DNA of 63,989 bases, the filler included, from Craspedostauros australis (Eukaryota), in the NCBI GenBank assembly GCA_030167865.1. It is 7 parts of 7 records of this genome, joined end to end, with 100 filler letters (N's around TTAATTAATTAA, not from the genome) between each part and the next. Parts side by side here need not be neighbours in the genome. Positions count along the whole stretch, not along the records: positions 1 to 22,317 come from JALAGF010006419.1; positions 22,418 to 28,018 come from JALAGF010006420.1; 5 more parts are not named here. One strand, written 5' to 3'. This document shows, in pieces, positions 11,804 through 23,027 of this stretch; position 1 is the first letter of the stretch; the number at the start of each line of letters is the position of its first letter. The notes below the pieces were generated by a model. It was not told the DNA's origin and searched no databases. It worked only from the letters and a program-made list of their open reading frames with translations. The translations under genes and the position numbers were made by a program.

Positions 11804-13054
11804 ATGGCTCCGTTGGTCCCACCACTCATGTGGATCTTTGGGTTGGCGACCACGCCAGGATGGTCCGATCTGGAAACGATCCTCCCGGCGACGCCTGCGC
11901 CCATCTACGACAGCCTCGAGGCCGTGCAGACGCGGGCATCTGAGGATCCCCGGCCCGTGCTGTTTCGGGACCGCCAGGGCCTGAATCCCTACTGCCAGCA
12001 GGTGTGGCTGGGCCTGGAAGCCAAGGGCATCGATTACGTGACCGTTCTGGTGGACGACGACAGCGGCGATCTGCCCAAGATCCAATGGCCGGACGGCACG
12101 CTGGACGCCGGCGATTCGCTGTCCCTGCTCAAATCGATCCAAACGAACTACCCCGAGGACGGCCCCGATCTGTACAAGCGCATCTCCAAGGCCGTCGACA
12201 ACGTCGGCTGCAACATCGTGCGTTTCCGCGGCGTCTTTCCGCGCAACACGGACGACGCGATGCACGCGCCTTTTCTGTTCCGCGATGGCGAGCTCGTGCC
12301 CAAATCGAATCACATGGTCAGCTTAGAAGAGACCGACGAGGTGCTGGAGGAGTACGATGACGGGCCGTTCCTGTGCGGCGACTTTCTGAGCGCCGCCGAT
12401 ATTGTGTGGGCGCCATTCTTGGAACGGTACGCGGCGCAGCTGCCGTTGGTTCCTTTGGATGATATGACGGTGGCGCCGGCGGCATTGCGCCCACGGTCCG
12501 ATGCGTACGAGGCGATTGTGGAATGGTGCGAAGCGATGGAAGAGCTGGTGCCGTCGTACGTGTGCCGCATTGGAGGCGATCGGTACACGTGGGAAAGGAC
12601 GTTCGTGGAGGCCGTGAAGGACGGTCTCGTCCCGGCCGTGAAGCTGCGCAATCCCAGGAACCGCAATTATGCCGTGCGCAACGAGCTGCGCAAGAAGCAG
12701 CAAACGATATGGTCGTCGTATATCTCGGACAGACCGTACCTGTGTGCGACGCCGGAAGAGGAATGCGTGGCATTTCATATTCGCAATCGGCAGGCGCTCG
12801 TGTCCGATATCTCGGACGGCGCGGGCTTGACGCAGGATGAGGCCGATGAGGCCGTTCGCGAAGTGCTCGGCACTTTGCTGTCCATTGCGAAGTCCGGCAG
12901 CGACGATGAGGCAACCGCCGTGCAGGAAATGTCCGAGGCTGCACGGGTCGTGGCCGTTGCTCTGGACGAGCGCATGCGGGCGCCCCGCGATGTAGGCATC
13001 CTTCCAGCGTCGACGCTGCGGCATCTGGTCAACACGATCCGGGCGCAGTCCTGA
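11804..13054 (+). CDS. Glutathione S-transferase-like protein (thioredoxin-like N domain + helical C domain + C-terminal extension)
   Basis: 416-aa GC-rich ORF. VLFRDRQGLNPYCQQVWLGLEAKGIDY matches the GST-N start of Cys-GST/DHAR-like families. GPFLCGDFLSAADIVWAPFLER is the GST-C N-capping box. Confidence 0.85.
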   Translation: MAPLVPPLMWIFGLATTPGWSDLETILPATPAPIYDSLEAVQTRASEDPRPVLFRDRQGLNPYCQQVWLGLEAKGIDYVTVLVDDDSGDLPKIQWPDGTLDAGDSLSLLKSIQTNYPEDGPDLYKRISKAVDNVGCNIVRFRGVFPRNTDDAMHAPFLFRDGELVPKSNHMVSLEETDEVLEEYDDGPFLCGDFLSAADIVWAPFLERYAAQLPLVPLDDMTVAPAALRPRSDAYEAIVEWCEAMEELVPSYVCRIGGDRYTWERTFVEAVKDGLVPAVKLRNPRNRNYAVRNELRKKQQTIWSSYISDRPYLCATPEEECVAFHIRNRQALVSDISDGAGLTQDEADEAVREVLGTLLSIAKSGSDDEATAVQEMSEAARVVAVALDERMRAPRDVGILPASTLRHLVNTIRAQS

Positions 13055-13743
13055 AATGGATGGTCCTCAGTTGTACGAGAGTACTCGTGCGCAGAGTAGA
13101 GTGGTATGATGGTGCATCGAGGAGATACTGTAGACAGTAGCACAATCGAGGCTTCGAGATGCAGCTTGCTTACAATCGCAATCATTAGAGTAAGTTGGAA
13201 CAAAGTAAGCAAAGGTTAGAGTGATGAAGGGAAGCAGGGTGCTGTGCAGTATGGCGTCTCCAAAGAGAGACAAAGGGAGAGCGAAGAAGACGGGGTTGCC
13301 TGTCTCTCTATGAGTGGTCGGTACTATTATGATCTACTCGTAGTCGTATGGTAGTAAGTCTAGCTCTATTCTTCATGATGGATGACAAATGTGTCCCCAA
13401 ATCGATCGGAAGATTGCGATGTTGCATCCGATGACAAGATGACAAAGACGCTGTGAATGTTCCACCAATGCGCCAATGCACCAATGCTCAAAGCGCAACT
13501 GAACAGCAAATGGAGGATGAAGATGTGAATCAGAAAGACACATCACTCCACATTAGAGAATAGAGTTTAATAGAATAGAGTAGAGTAGAATAGAATAGAG
13601 CACCATCGCGTACTTCATAGCGTAAATACACGATCACTCGCACTAGCACCAGCAACCAGCACAAGACCATCGACCTTGGCTTGATTCCACCACCGGCGGC
13701 GGCAGTGAACTGCAGACGCTGCACTCCAACTGCGGGCGCCACG

Positions 13744-15537
13744 ATGCACAATCGCTTGCGAAAGGCCAGTCGCACAGCGCCACGCAGCAACGGCTTCGCG
13801 CCTTCCCCCGCAATCCACCACCCCAAGCGCCGACGCGGACATGGAGCTGCTGCTGCGAAGACCGTTGCAGCGATGCTGGTGGTCGCTAGCATGCTCGCTT
13901 GCGCCGTTTATCACTCGAACACCGATGCAGGTGGAGGACAGTCTCAAACCGACGCTCTCGTGGATGATCGGGCTCAACGCAACTTCGGCCAATGGCTGCT
14001 GCGATGGATTCCCGATCGGCGCATACCTGCCACGCCCACATCACGAGACGGACCGAACGATGACAAGCTCCATGCCATGAATGCAGCGATCGTCCACAAC
14101 GCCGATGCCTCCCAACCAACGTGGGTGCTGAATCCGGACCTCCTGCCCTACCTGCACAACGATCCCTCGGATCCCACGCACCGCTTCACGAACGCGCTGC
14201 TCGCACCCAGAGGACGCCATCGATCCAAGATCTCTTGGCATGGCGTCTATTTTCGGATTTCGCGGCGCGCGCAGTTGCGATCCGGGGGTGGTTTCCTGCA
14301 GGACAGCGACGCCGGGATGGACTGGGAACGCGAGTGTGACGAGCTGATGACGAGGCACGGCATCGCAGCGGACTCCGACCTGCCAGGTCCCAAGATGGAT
14401 TATACCGGCGCGCGGCATTATGCTTACACTTATCCTCGCGTCGACGTCGATGTTGCAGCCAGCAAGCAGCGTGCTCTGGATGGAGCCTATCCGCCGCTGC
14501 GCCCGCTGCACGAGATCATGAACGATTGGCCCCAGGACGAAATCGACGCCCCGCCTTTGCCGATCCGCGAGGATCTGCAACACTTCGATTTCCAGGACAA
14601 GCAACAGCTCGAGCTCGCCACGTGGTACCGCGATGAGGCGAAGCTCCCGTTCAAGCTCACCAACGTGCCGGATCTGCAAGAGGCCGGATTCAAGTGGACC
14701 GATCACTACCTCACGCAGCAATTCGATTCCTTGGGCGCGCGCACCAGCGAGGGCACGCCCACAACCAGCGGCAAGTGCCAGGAGTCGAGGAACAACTTCT
14801 TCGTCTTCTTCCAGGCCAATCTCTGGGATGTTGACACGATGGGCATCCCGCCGACCAGAAACAACGACTGGACGTTCAGACGATGGTCGAGGCACTCCCG
14901 CTACGCCGACGCCACCGGCTTGCATCCCGAACAGCCTCACTTCTACTGGCAATCGGGCGTGCCCGCCGGAGAACGCCACGCCCCATCGCAAGATGCTTGG
15001 ACCTTCGTGTCGCGCGATCTGCCGCTGCTCAGCAGCCCCGACCCCACATTCGTGTCGCCGCGTCCGGACGAGCAGAAGGGCATCCAGTGCCGCTTCGGTG
15101 AACGCGGCGTCACGGCTGCCATCCATTACGATGGCGGTCAGAACATGGTGGCGATGATCCACGGCGCGAAACGATACGTCCTGGCACCGCCGAACCAATG
15201 CTCGAAGTTCGGCATCGTCACGACGCATGATCATGCGCTGTTCCGTCATTCCATCCTCAATCTGGGCCACTTGAAGGATGAGGTGTTGCGGCACGCCGAT
15301 ATGCCCGAACAGGAACGAGAGTGGTTGCGGCATTCTGCTGGTCATGCGCAGGCGGTCGAAACGGTCCTCAAGGCAGGCGAGGTGCTGTTCATCCCGTCGC
15401 ATTGGTTCCATTACATCATCTCGCTGCAAAAGAACGCGCAGTGCAACGTCCGAAGCGGCGTGTACGCGGACGGTTCGACGACGTTTGGTGGGCAGCGGGA
15501 TATTCTGGCGGATTCTTGTGATAAATTGGCCTCCTAA
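13744..15537 (+). CDS. JmjC/cupin-like Fe(II)/2-oxoglutarate oxygenase with N-terminal membrane anchor
   Basis: First ATG at 13744. Basic N-terminus then hydrophobic TVAAMLVVASMLACAVY. JmjC core: CRFGERGVTAAIHYDG (HxD), GAKRYVL, LKAGEVLFIPSHWFHYI (distal His). Confidence 0.85.
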   Translation: MHNRLRKASRTAPRSNGFAPSPAIHHPKRRRGHGAAAAKTVAAMLVVASMLACAVYHSNTDAGGGQSQTDALVDDRAQRNFGQWLLRWIPDRRIPATPTSRDGPNDDKLHAMNAAIVHNADASQPTWVLNPDLLPYLHNDPSDPTHRFTNALLAPRGRHRSKISWHGVYFRISRRAQLRSGGGFLQDSDAGMDWERECDELMTRHGIAADSDLPGPKMDYTGARHYAYTYPRVDVDVAASKQRALDGAYPPLRPLHEIMNDWPQDEIDAPPLPIREDLQHFDFQDKQQLELATWYRDEAKLPFKLTNVPDLQEAGFKWTDHYLTQQFDSLGARTSEGTPTTSGKCQESRNNFFVFFQANLWDVDTMGIPPTRNNDWTFRRWSRHSRYADATGLHPEQPHFYWQSGVPAGERHAPSQDAWTFVSRDLPLLSSPDPTFVSPRPDEQKGIQCRFGERGVTAAIHYDGGQNMVAMIHGAKRYVLAPPNQCSKFGIVTTHDHALFRHSILNLGHLKDEVLRHADMPEQEREWLRHSAGHAQAVETVLKAGEVLFIPSHWFHYIISLQKNAQCNVRSGVYADGSTTFGGQRDILADSCDKLAS

Positions 15538-16276
15538 GCATTGGAGTGCGTGTGGGGCGTCTGAGCGGGCATTGTGTGTGAAGAAGGATGAGGATGGCGA
15601 TGGATGACATCCATGCTCATGGTGGATGGGAGCTTCTGAAACGGGGAGCAAGCAGAGATTGGCCAATGCGACACAACGTTGGCAACACGTCACTTCGCGC
15701 TTGACCTTATGACGTGGCCATCACGTCCATCAGCAGAATAGAATAGATAGAGCAGGGCAGAGTAAAAAGAATCAATTCAATGTTTATTTCCGTTTGATCT
15801 TGTGTTATCCCCTTTGACTGCTGCCGATCATCCGTGTTGGTCACGGAGGACAGAAAATGAAGGAACTGCACGAGGTGCTCCAACCATCTTCCACTCTTTG
15901 GGTGTGACCATCATCGTTCGCGTTCTCGCACACTTGCACAAGCACACGTGTGTGCTGGAGTAGATGTTAGCAACGCTTCTGCTGCTCTGTTGGTGGTGCT
16001 GATGTGTTGGTGTTTGATGTTGATGCTGATTGCGCCGCAACACAAGAATCGCCTCTGATCCTCTGCCGAGGGTGCTGTTGTACTCGTGTGGAGGAGGCGC
16101 CTTTTTCTCTCACGGTCATACTCACATCACATCACATCACATCAGCGGCAGGGCATGGTTGCGTGATGCCTGTGCGCATGCGTCTCTTCACCTCTTGCTT
16201 GCACAATTGATCGACCGATTAACCTCTTCATTGATTGATCGATCGATTGGCCAATGCTACCGAAGCCGGCGTTCAC

Positions 16277-19200
16277 TTAGAACGACGCAAATAGGTCCTG
16301 CTCGGGCGGAGTGAGTGGTGCCTCCTTGGAGACTTCCCTTTCTTCCCGTGAAAAGTCCTCGAAATGAGATGCGTCCAGTGGATTCTTGATGTTCGGGATC
16401 CACGGTGCCTTAAGTTCGTACCGGAGCAGAGCATCGAAGTCCATGGGCGCGAACCATTGATGCTCCTTCACGTCGTGGTATCCGCGTGAAAGATTTCCCA
16501 GTCGTGACGACTGGCGACGCACAAGCAGCTGCTTGATCAATGATTTGGCGTCCTCGGACACGGCTGGCGGGCATGAGTACTTGACCATGACGATGCGCTT
16601 GAAGAGGGAGACCTGGTCGGTTCCGTAGAAGTAGAACGGAGATCTTCCGACCAGCATTTCGTAGATCAGGACACCGAAGGACCAGTAATCGACAGCCTTG
16701 TCATGACCCTTCGACATGATGATCTCTGGCGCCAGGTACTCTGGAGTTCCGCAGAGCGTGTACGTCTTGTCGACGACCACCTTGGCGAATCCAAGATCGA
16801 CCATGATGCAGTATCCCCGGTTGTCGATCAGCGCGTTTTCCGGCTTCATGTCTCGGTACACAATGTTGCGCTCGTGCAAATGTCCCAGTGCTTCCAAGAT
16901 GCAGGCGGCGTAGAAGATGGAGGCCGAGTTGGTGATTCCATCGCGCTTGTCGGTGTGCACGACGTTGAAGAGCTCGCCTCCCTGAATCAGCGGCAGGAGG
17001 AGGTACAGGTTGTTCTTGTCCTGCATCGACGAGATGAGTCCCAGGATGAACGGATGGTCGATCTGGTTCATGATCTGCTTCTCTCGGAGCACTCCCTTGA
17101 CCTGGTTGGCCTGGATGAGCTGGCGCTTGGAGATGGTTTTGAGGGCGTACGGAGTTGGCTCCTTCATGGCTCGGTCAGTCACCAGCCACACCCTACCGAA
17201 TGCGCCTGTGGTTGCCGTCATTGTATGTGTGATGCGTGAATCGTTCGTCCATGAGTTGAGTTTCATCAACGCGGTGTATCGGCATGTAGCAGAAAACAAA
17301 AATATTGCAGAGTTTGATTGTGTTTGGTGAGAAATTGGAGCAAATGGCAAAACAGCGATTCCAAGAGCCAAGGCATGTGCAACATGACACAAATGCGGCA
17401 CAACAGTGTACCGCAGGTTCTGGTACAATCTGCCAACCGAGGAAGCGACGCAAATACCACGAAGCAATTGCGCGGTAGAGCAGAGAATCATCATCGGATG
17501 TGTGACACTATTCATCACTCCTGACGATGACACCACTATCTCGTCATACCGTACGGACAAGCAGACAATCGACTTACCCATTCCCAAAATTCGGTGTCGC
17601 TTCAGTGCATCGAGCGTGATGTCCGTCTTCATTCGCGATGGTCGCCAGCGGATGTTCTCGCCCAAACGCTTGACGGTGCCGATGACGGTCTTGATGTCTT
17701 CGCGGCTGAGCATCCACACGGTGGTGTCTTCCTCACAGACGGCGGCGGACCCCTTGGACTTGTTCTTGATGGCCTTTTCGCCGTAGTAGTCTCCACCCTG
17801 CTTCGTTTGGCTGTCTTTCTGCAAGGTCAACTTCCCCTCCTTGACGATGACGATGTTCATGCGTCCTGGGATGGTGTCGCCCTTGGAGTACTTTTCCTCT
17901 CGCAGACAGGTGACCAGTTGGTCGTACTCGATTTCCCGCAGCGACGAGTTGGCGAAGAGAGGCACGCCCTTGAGGAATCGCTTCTTGTAGCCGTGGCCAA
18001 GGATGACCTCGAGGCTGCCGATGGTCTGCTCGAATGTCTCTCGGTCAATGGCGAAGCACTCGCAGTCGGTGATGGCAGTAACGTTGGCGGCGCGGGGTTC
18101 GCCTGTCATGAGAGCACGCTCACCAAACCAGTCGCCTTCCTCGAGGACCTGGTCGACGAATTTGGAGTCTCCCATTCCAATGTCGTGCACCTTGACGGAT
18201 CCTTCGTTGACGATGTAGAAGATGTCTCCGACATCGCCCTTGTTGACGATGCGCTCACCCTTGCTGAATTTGAGAGTGGTGAGGATGGTGACGAACTTGT
18301 TGACCTGGGTGCGGTCGAGGTCCTTGAGGAGGGGGACCTTGGCAAGGAGGGATTGCAGGCTGGCCTCATGGTCCTTGGCCTGACGTGCAAGCAAATGGCG
18401 GAAGGTGAGCTGATCGACCTTCCAGAGCTCGACGTCGGTCTCGGCCTGGCAGGTCGCCGCGCGTGGGGCATCGTAGAGAAGTGCCAACTCGCCGAAGCTG
18501 GCGCCGCGCGCGCAGCTTCCTACATGCTTGTCGTCGGCGATGAATGCGACGGTTCCGGACTCGACGATGTAGAAGAAGTCCCCGACGTCACCCTGCTGAA
18601 TGATGATCTCGTCCTTCTTGCCGGACTGCTTCTGCATGGCGTTGATGAGGAGGGTGCGTTCATTCTCGGTGAGGTCCGAAAAGATGAAGTTAGTGCCCAG
18701 AACTTCATCTAGGAAGTTGATGCCCTCGATGGATTTTGGGTAGGAGGGTGCGACATAGTCTGCGGAGAAGTCTAGAGGCTGCGCGCGGATGGTGGCGCGA
18801 TTGCGTTCAACGCGGGCCTTGGCGGCCTTGGACTGCTGCTGGATCTTGTCCTCGCGCTCCTTGATTTTCGTGCTGTCGCCCTGGTTCGTCATGTCGTCTG
18901 GATCTGTTTCGTCGTTGTTGTTGTTATCGTTGTCTTTGTTGGCGGCGCTGGTCGCTGGTGCTTCGTCTGCTGGGGTGGATGTGGAGGCGGTTGCGTCGCT
19001 GGTCTTGCCTGCCTTAGTCTGCAGCAGTTGGAACAGCGAATATCGTTGGGAACACGAGTACGAGGATGAGCAGACGTACGAGCATCGGTACCGTTGCAGA
19101 TGTGCATGTGAACAGGGGCGACAGTTGAGGTATTGTGTGGTCAATAGATGATGTAAGAAGTCGTAGCAGTGGAGGTAGATACGTCCCACGCAATGATGCA

Positions 19201-20338
19201 TCACCGAGGTTTTGGTTGGGACCGACGGTGGTGGTGGTGACAACGGTGGTGACAACGATGGTGACAACGATGATTGTGGCGTACACCAAGGCCAGTCATA
19301 GTTGTGATCATCCCGTTCCAGTTGGATGCGAGGGGCGTCATCATCGTTGCGATCGTCGTTGTTGTCGGTGTCGATGTGAAGGCCACATGTGAGAGGTCCC
19401 ATTGATTGCAAGAGTCGTTGAAGGGCCAACATTTGCAAGTAGGTTCGGCGGTGGCGGTGGTGGGTTCGTTTTGGTTGTGTGGGGGCGTTCGGATCAGATG
19501 GGGGTGACAGATTGTGGATACGGATACAAACGCAGTCGCAAATGCAGTTGCAAGAGCATGCGTGTGGTAATGCAGAAGATGCAATGAGATTGGAGGGGGA
19601 GAAGGAAGGTGAGAAATCAAAATCAGTCGGTTGATCCGAAGCGCCGAATGCATCGCAGACTGGAGATGGGGCGTGATATCCATCATGTTGCTGGCTTGCT
19701 TGTTGCACGATGGGAACACCGCACCAAGTTCCAAGTGCGGTGCTCTGTCGATGCATGCGCCTGATTGCTTGCCTGTCGGCTTGGCTTGACCCGGCCGCAG
19801 TTGGATGTGTGAATCGAATCAAATCAAATTGAATCGAATCCAACCAGCCAAACAACCAACCCAGCAAGAAGCAAACGAGCAAGTAACCAGCGAACATGGC
19901 GAAAATGGCACGCCTGAGCACAGCAGCCAACTGTTGCGTGAATCATCTAGCAACATGGAGGCAACTGCCACCAACACCAGACTGGCGGCAAGCTGGCTGA
20001 TGTTGCGAAGCCTCTCGCCCTCCCATCCTCATCTTGATGCGCCCGATGCGCAAGCGGAGTGATCCTCGATCATCGTATGCCCCTGCCTTGTCTCAACGCA
20101 CCTGATCCTTTGGCTGTTCTTTCGTGGATTCGCTCTTCTTGTTGCTGTCGCTCGCTGCAGATTTTGCGGAAGGATCGACGCTCTTGGTATCCTTGGCTGC
20201 TGCTGCTGGCGTGGCTTTCTTCTTGCTGCTGCTTGCGCTCTTGGAGTCGGTTGCTGCTGTGGGTGCCTTCGGTGTCGATCTCTGCTGCTGCGCCTCTACT
20301 TGAACGGGTTCACTTGGCTTGCCACCGCAATTACCCAT
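16277..20338 (-). CDS. Single-chain cyclic-nucleotide-dependent AGC protein kinase (PKG-like architecture), 3 exons
   Basis: Exon 1 20338-20102 (MGNCGGK..., acylation motif), intron 20101-19019 (GT..AG). Exon 2 19018-17578 has two clear cNMP-binding domains (FGELALLYDAPRAAT, FGERALMTGEPRAAN) and a degenerate third. Intron 17577-17206 splits GMG|AFG. Exon 3 17205-16277 is the kinase (YALK, YRDMKPEN, DLGFAK, TLCGTPEYLAPE, AGC tail). Confidence 0.9.
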
Positions 20339-21183
20339 CGTCGGCTCCTCGGCGTTGTCGTATCTGTCCTTTTGTGGACACGAGCACAAAACCTTCGGGG
20401 TCTTGCTGTGTCTTGCTGTCTGTCTGCGCTTCTGTGCGTGTGTGCTGTCTTGGTTGCGCTGTCTCGTGTCATGTGCTGTACAGCGGCGTCTTGCCGCGTT
20501 GTCTGTGCCGTGGGTATGTAGTATTCGTACCACGCCTCCACATGCACCGCTGTTGTTCCAGGCGCCAACAACAACAAGAGGCAGCTGGATCTTCTGTTCT
20601 GGATGCGAACCACACACGTGCACGCGAAATGGAAGAGCAGCTGGCGTTGTTGAGGTCTCTCCTTCACAACCGCAAGTCGAGAGATCTTTCGTGTGACACT
20701 CGTCACGACAAACGGAGATAACGCTGCGGACAGCAAAAATGACCCTCAATGACCCTCGTCCGCCACGAACAACCTCTTGCCACACACGACTCAGTGAGGC
20801 GAAGGCGCGGTCCCGTTCTGTTGCATTTGCATGATTCAATACGGGATCAGTCATGCCTATTCAAGTCTACGAGTATGTAATTCTATCTAGAGAAATAGAA
20901 CGTGCGAGAGCGTGAGAGAGAGAGACCATGGAGAAGAGCATGATAGATGGGAGCGAAAGCGTTGTGTTTGGTATGAATATGAACGTACATTTCTGAAGAA
21001 CTATCTAATATATTCTACATTGTATGTTATGGTCAATTCAAATCTCGACTTCGCACTTGAGCTTGCGGAATAGATTCGATTTGGGATGAGTTGGATTGTG
21101 TCTGTACATTGTCGTTGGCGTGCTCGTGGAATACGGCAATTGCAAAATGAATGTACCCGTTTTTTGCCAAACTCAGCAGCAAT

Positions 21184-21275
21184 CCGGTGATAGCTCAGTT
21201 GGCAGAGCGTTTGACTGTAGCGGGTTTCACCCTGAGGTCATCAAACGGTCACCGGTTCGATTCCGGTTCACCGGA
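21184..21275 (+). tRNA. trnY-GTA: tRNA-Tyr (GTA) with a 19-nt canonical intron
   Basis: Acceptor stem CCGGTGA/TCACCGG + discriminator A, D-arm TAGCTCAGTTGGCAGAGC, anticodon GTA at 21217-21219, intron 21221-21239 after position 37, T-loop GGTTCGATTCC, T-rich Pol III terminator downstream. Spliced length 73 nt. Confidence 0.95.
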
Positions 21276-21954
21276 CTGTTTCTTTTTGGTCCACGTTTCA
21301 ATCGTCGATACGGGCGCCAGCAGCCTGAAGAGGAAACGATCCTTGAATTGTGGTTGTCATCACTCATCTCTCTGCTGCTCTGCAACATTCTATTGTTTTT
21401 CAATGTTGGGAGCCCCCACGTCTCCGTTCCCGTTCTACGGATTGCGAAAGCTTGGTTGTCGTTCATCGTTCGGCGGTGCCCCTCATCTTTTCTCATGGTT
21501 CTTGCATACTCGTACAGTATCATGTTTTGTGGATGGATCCGGCGAAGTGTTCTGCACCCCACCGAAGGGCTGCGAACAGTTGCACACAGGTGATACCGAT
21601 GACGACAGTCGCGAACAACAGAGAAGCTGCACAAACTTCTCAAAAAGCGTGCGACCGTGTGAACAAGTCCAATAGATTTGCGCCTGGCCGCATGTTGGAT
21701 GTCGCGGCTCGGCGGTGCCATGTATCTTTGATCGTGCTCTGCAGCAAGGTGTTCTGGAGAGACGGCCTCCACGACCACGAAAGTACTATGTGGAGCAGCA
21801 GCAATAGTTCTCCGCATGAGAATTGTTCTCAGGCACATCGAAAGGAGGACGCCGAGGGTGGAAGCATCGTCACCTTGCGATCAATTGCGACCACAAAAGA
21901 AGTGTTCATACTCGTCGGGTCTGAAGTACTACCTCCAGGTCGCAGTTGATGCAC

Positions 21955-22141
21955 TCACGATAACACTAGTTGTGGAGTTTTGGCCCCTTGTTGTCACTGG
22001 TTTGCTTGCTTTTGGGAGAAACGGCGATTGGATANNNNNNNNNNNNNNGTGTTTGCTCTCGCTGATCCGTCTTCTACGTCACAGGGAACGTATTCCACGT
22101 CATGAGAAACGAGTCACAACAGAGGAAGAGACATCGTGTGA
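21955..22141 (+). repeat. ~187-bp repeat (putative long TIR or end of a DNA transposon), inverted copy at 50624-50810
   Basis: TCACGATAACACTAGTTGTGGAGTTTTGGCCCCTTGTTG...GAAGAGACATCGTGTGA matches the reverse complement of 50624-50810 with scattered substitutions. Confidence 0.75.
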
Positions 22142-22316
22142 CTCTTCCTCTGCAAGACAACGTGATGACTGTGCGAAGCAACAACAGAATGTGCCAGGCC
22201 AGGACAGCCAACAACACTCCACGTTGACCAGTATCACAATGGAAACCAGCAACATCCAATCGTCTCGGAATACGACGAAGCGCATTGGCGATCTGTACGA
22301 CGCAGATGACAGTGCT

Positions 22317-22417
22317 TNNNNNNNNNNNNNNNNNNNNNNNNNNNNNNNNNNNNNNNNNNNNTTAATTAATTAANNNNNNNNNNNNNNNNNNNNNNNNNNN
22401 NNNNNNNNNNNNNNNNN
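22317..22417. other. Artificial scaffold linker N-TTAATTAATTAA-N (also at ~28063, 50284, 56124, 58329, 62753)
   Basis: The same all-frame stop oligo embedded in N runs, six times. Confidence 0.95.
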
Positions 22418-22499
22418 CAAGTGCGCATGAGAGAATAACGGGTGAACGATGCACATATACACGTACATCTTGACATATACTCACATGTACATCTCGACA
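22418..22499 (-). mobile_element. LTR start (TGTCGAGATG...) nested in another LTR of the same family
   Basis: Reverse complement begins TGTCGAGATGTACATGTGAG at 22499, as the plus-strand LTR does at 23028. Runs into the gap. Confidence 0.75.
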
Positions 22500-22962
22500 C
22501 CTGTATCCATGATTTTGATGTCCTTCGGTCATCGGATCTTCACCACCTGTTCTGACTTGGAGACAGATGTCGACGTGGTGACATGATGACATTCTGTCGA
22601 CGTCAGTAGGCGTCCTTCTGCTCTCCAGATGTCATGTTCCATTGGTGATGCAGCAGTCTGTCAGATGATATTGTCATCTGGGGTTTAGTTGGGAGGTACC
22701 TCGAGCTTCGCTCGATACCATACGTTTCCATTGATGGATGGACGGACGATGTTCTAATTCTCTCAGAAATCGTCGATTGCAAATTTCCTCCAGAAATTCT
22801 GTTCATTTTCGTGTGTTCCATTTGTGATGTGATTTTGACAAATCACAGCATACTAACCGCACGAATGTAGTTGTACTGTCCAAGCATGTATTAGAGAATA
22901 ACAGGTGAACGATGCACATATACTCGTACATCTTGACATATACTCACATGTACATCTCGAAA
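22500..22962 (-). mobile_element. Diverged LTR copy (5' ~460 bp), interrupted at 22500
   Basis: Reverse complement aligns by eye to 23028-~23478 with many substitutions. The terminus reads TTTCGAG instead of TGTCGAG. Confidence 0.8.
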
Positions 22963-23027
22963 GGAGACTCCAAGAAGAATCGAAATAAAAACATAATGAA
23001 ATCGCAAGCAGAATCGTAACCACCACC

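Noticed and set aside
14041..15693. 550-aa antisense ORF, and similar ones at 11492-12313, 12323-13024 and 17594-18712
   Set aside because: Shadow frames of GC-rich coding genes, with no recognisable motifs.
19019..19930. N-terminal 300 aa of the 1217-aa ORF as real kinase sequence
   Set aside because: Low-complexity, non-protein-like sequence. A good acceptor at 19019-19020 and an in-phase MGNC exon upstream explain it as intron.
22362..22372. Recurrent TTAATTAATTAA as a biological motif or piggyBac site
   Set aside because: Always centred in N runs; an artificial all-frame stop linker.
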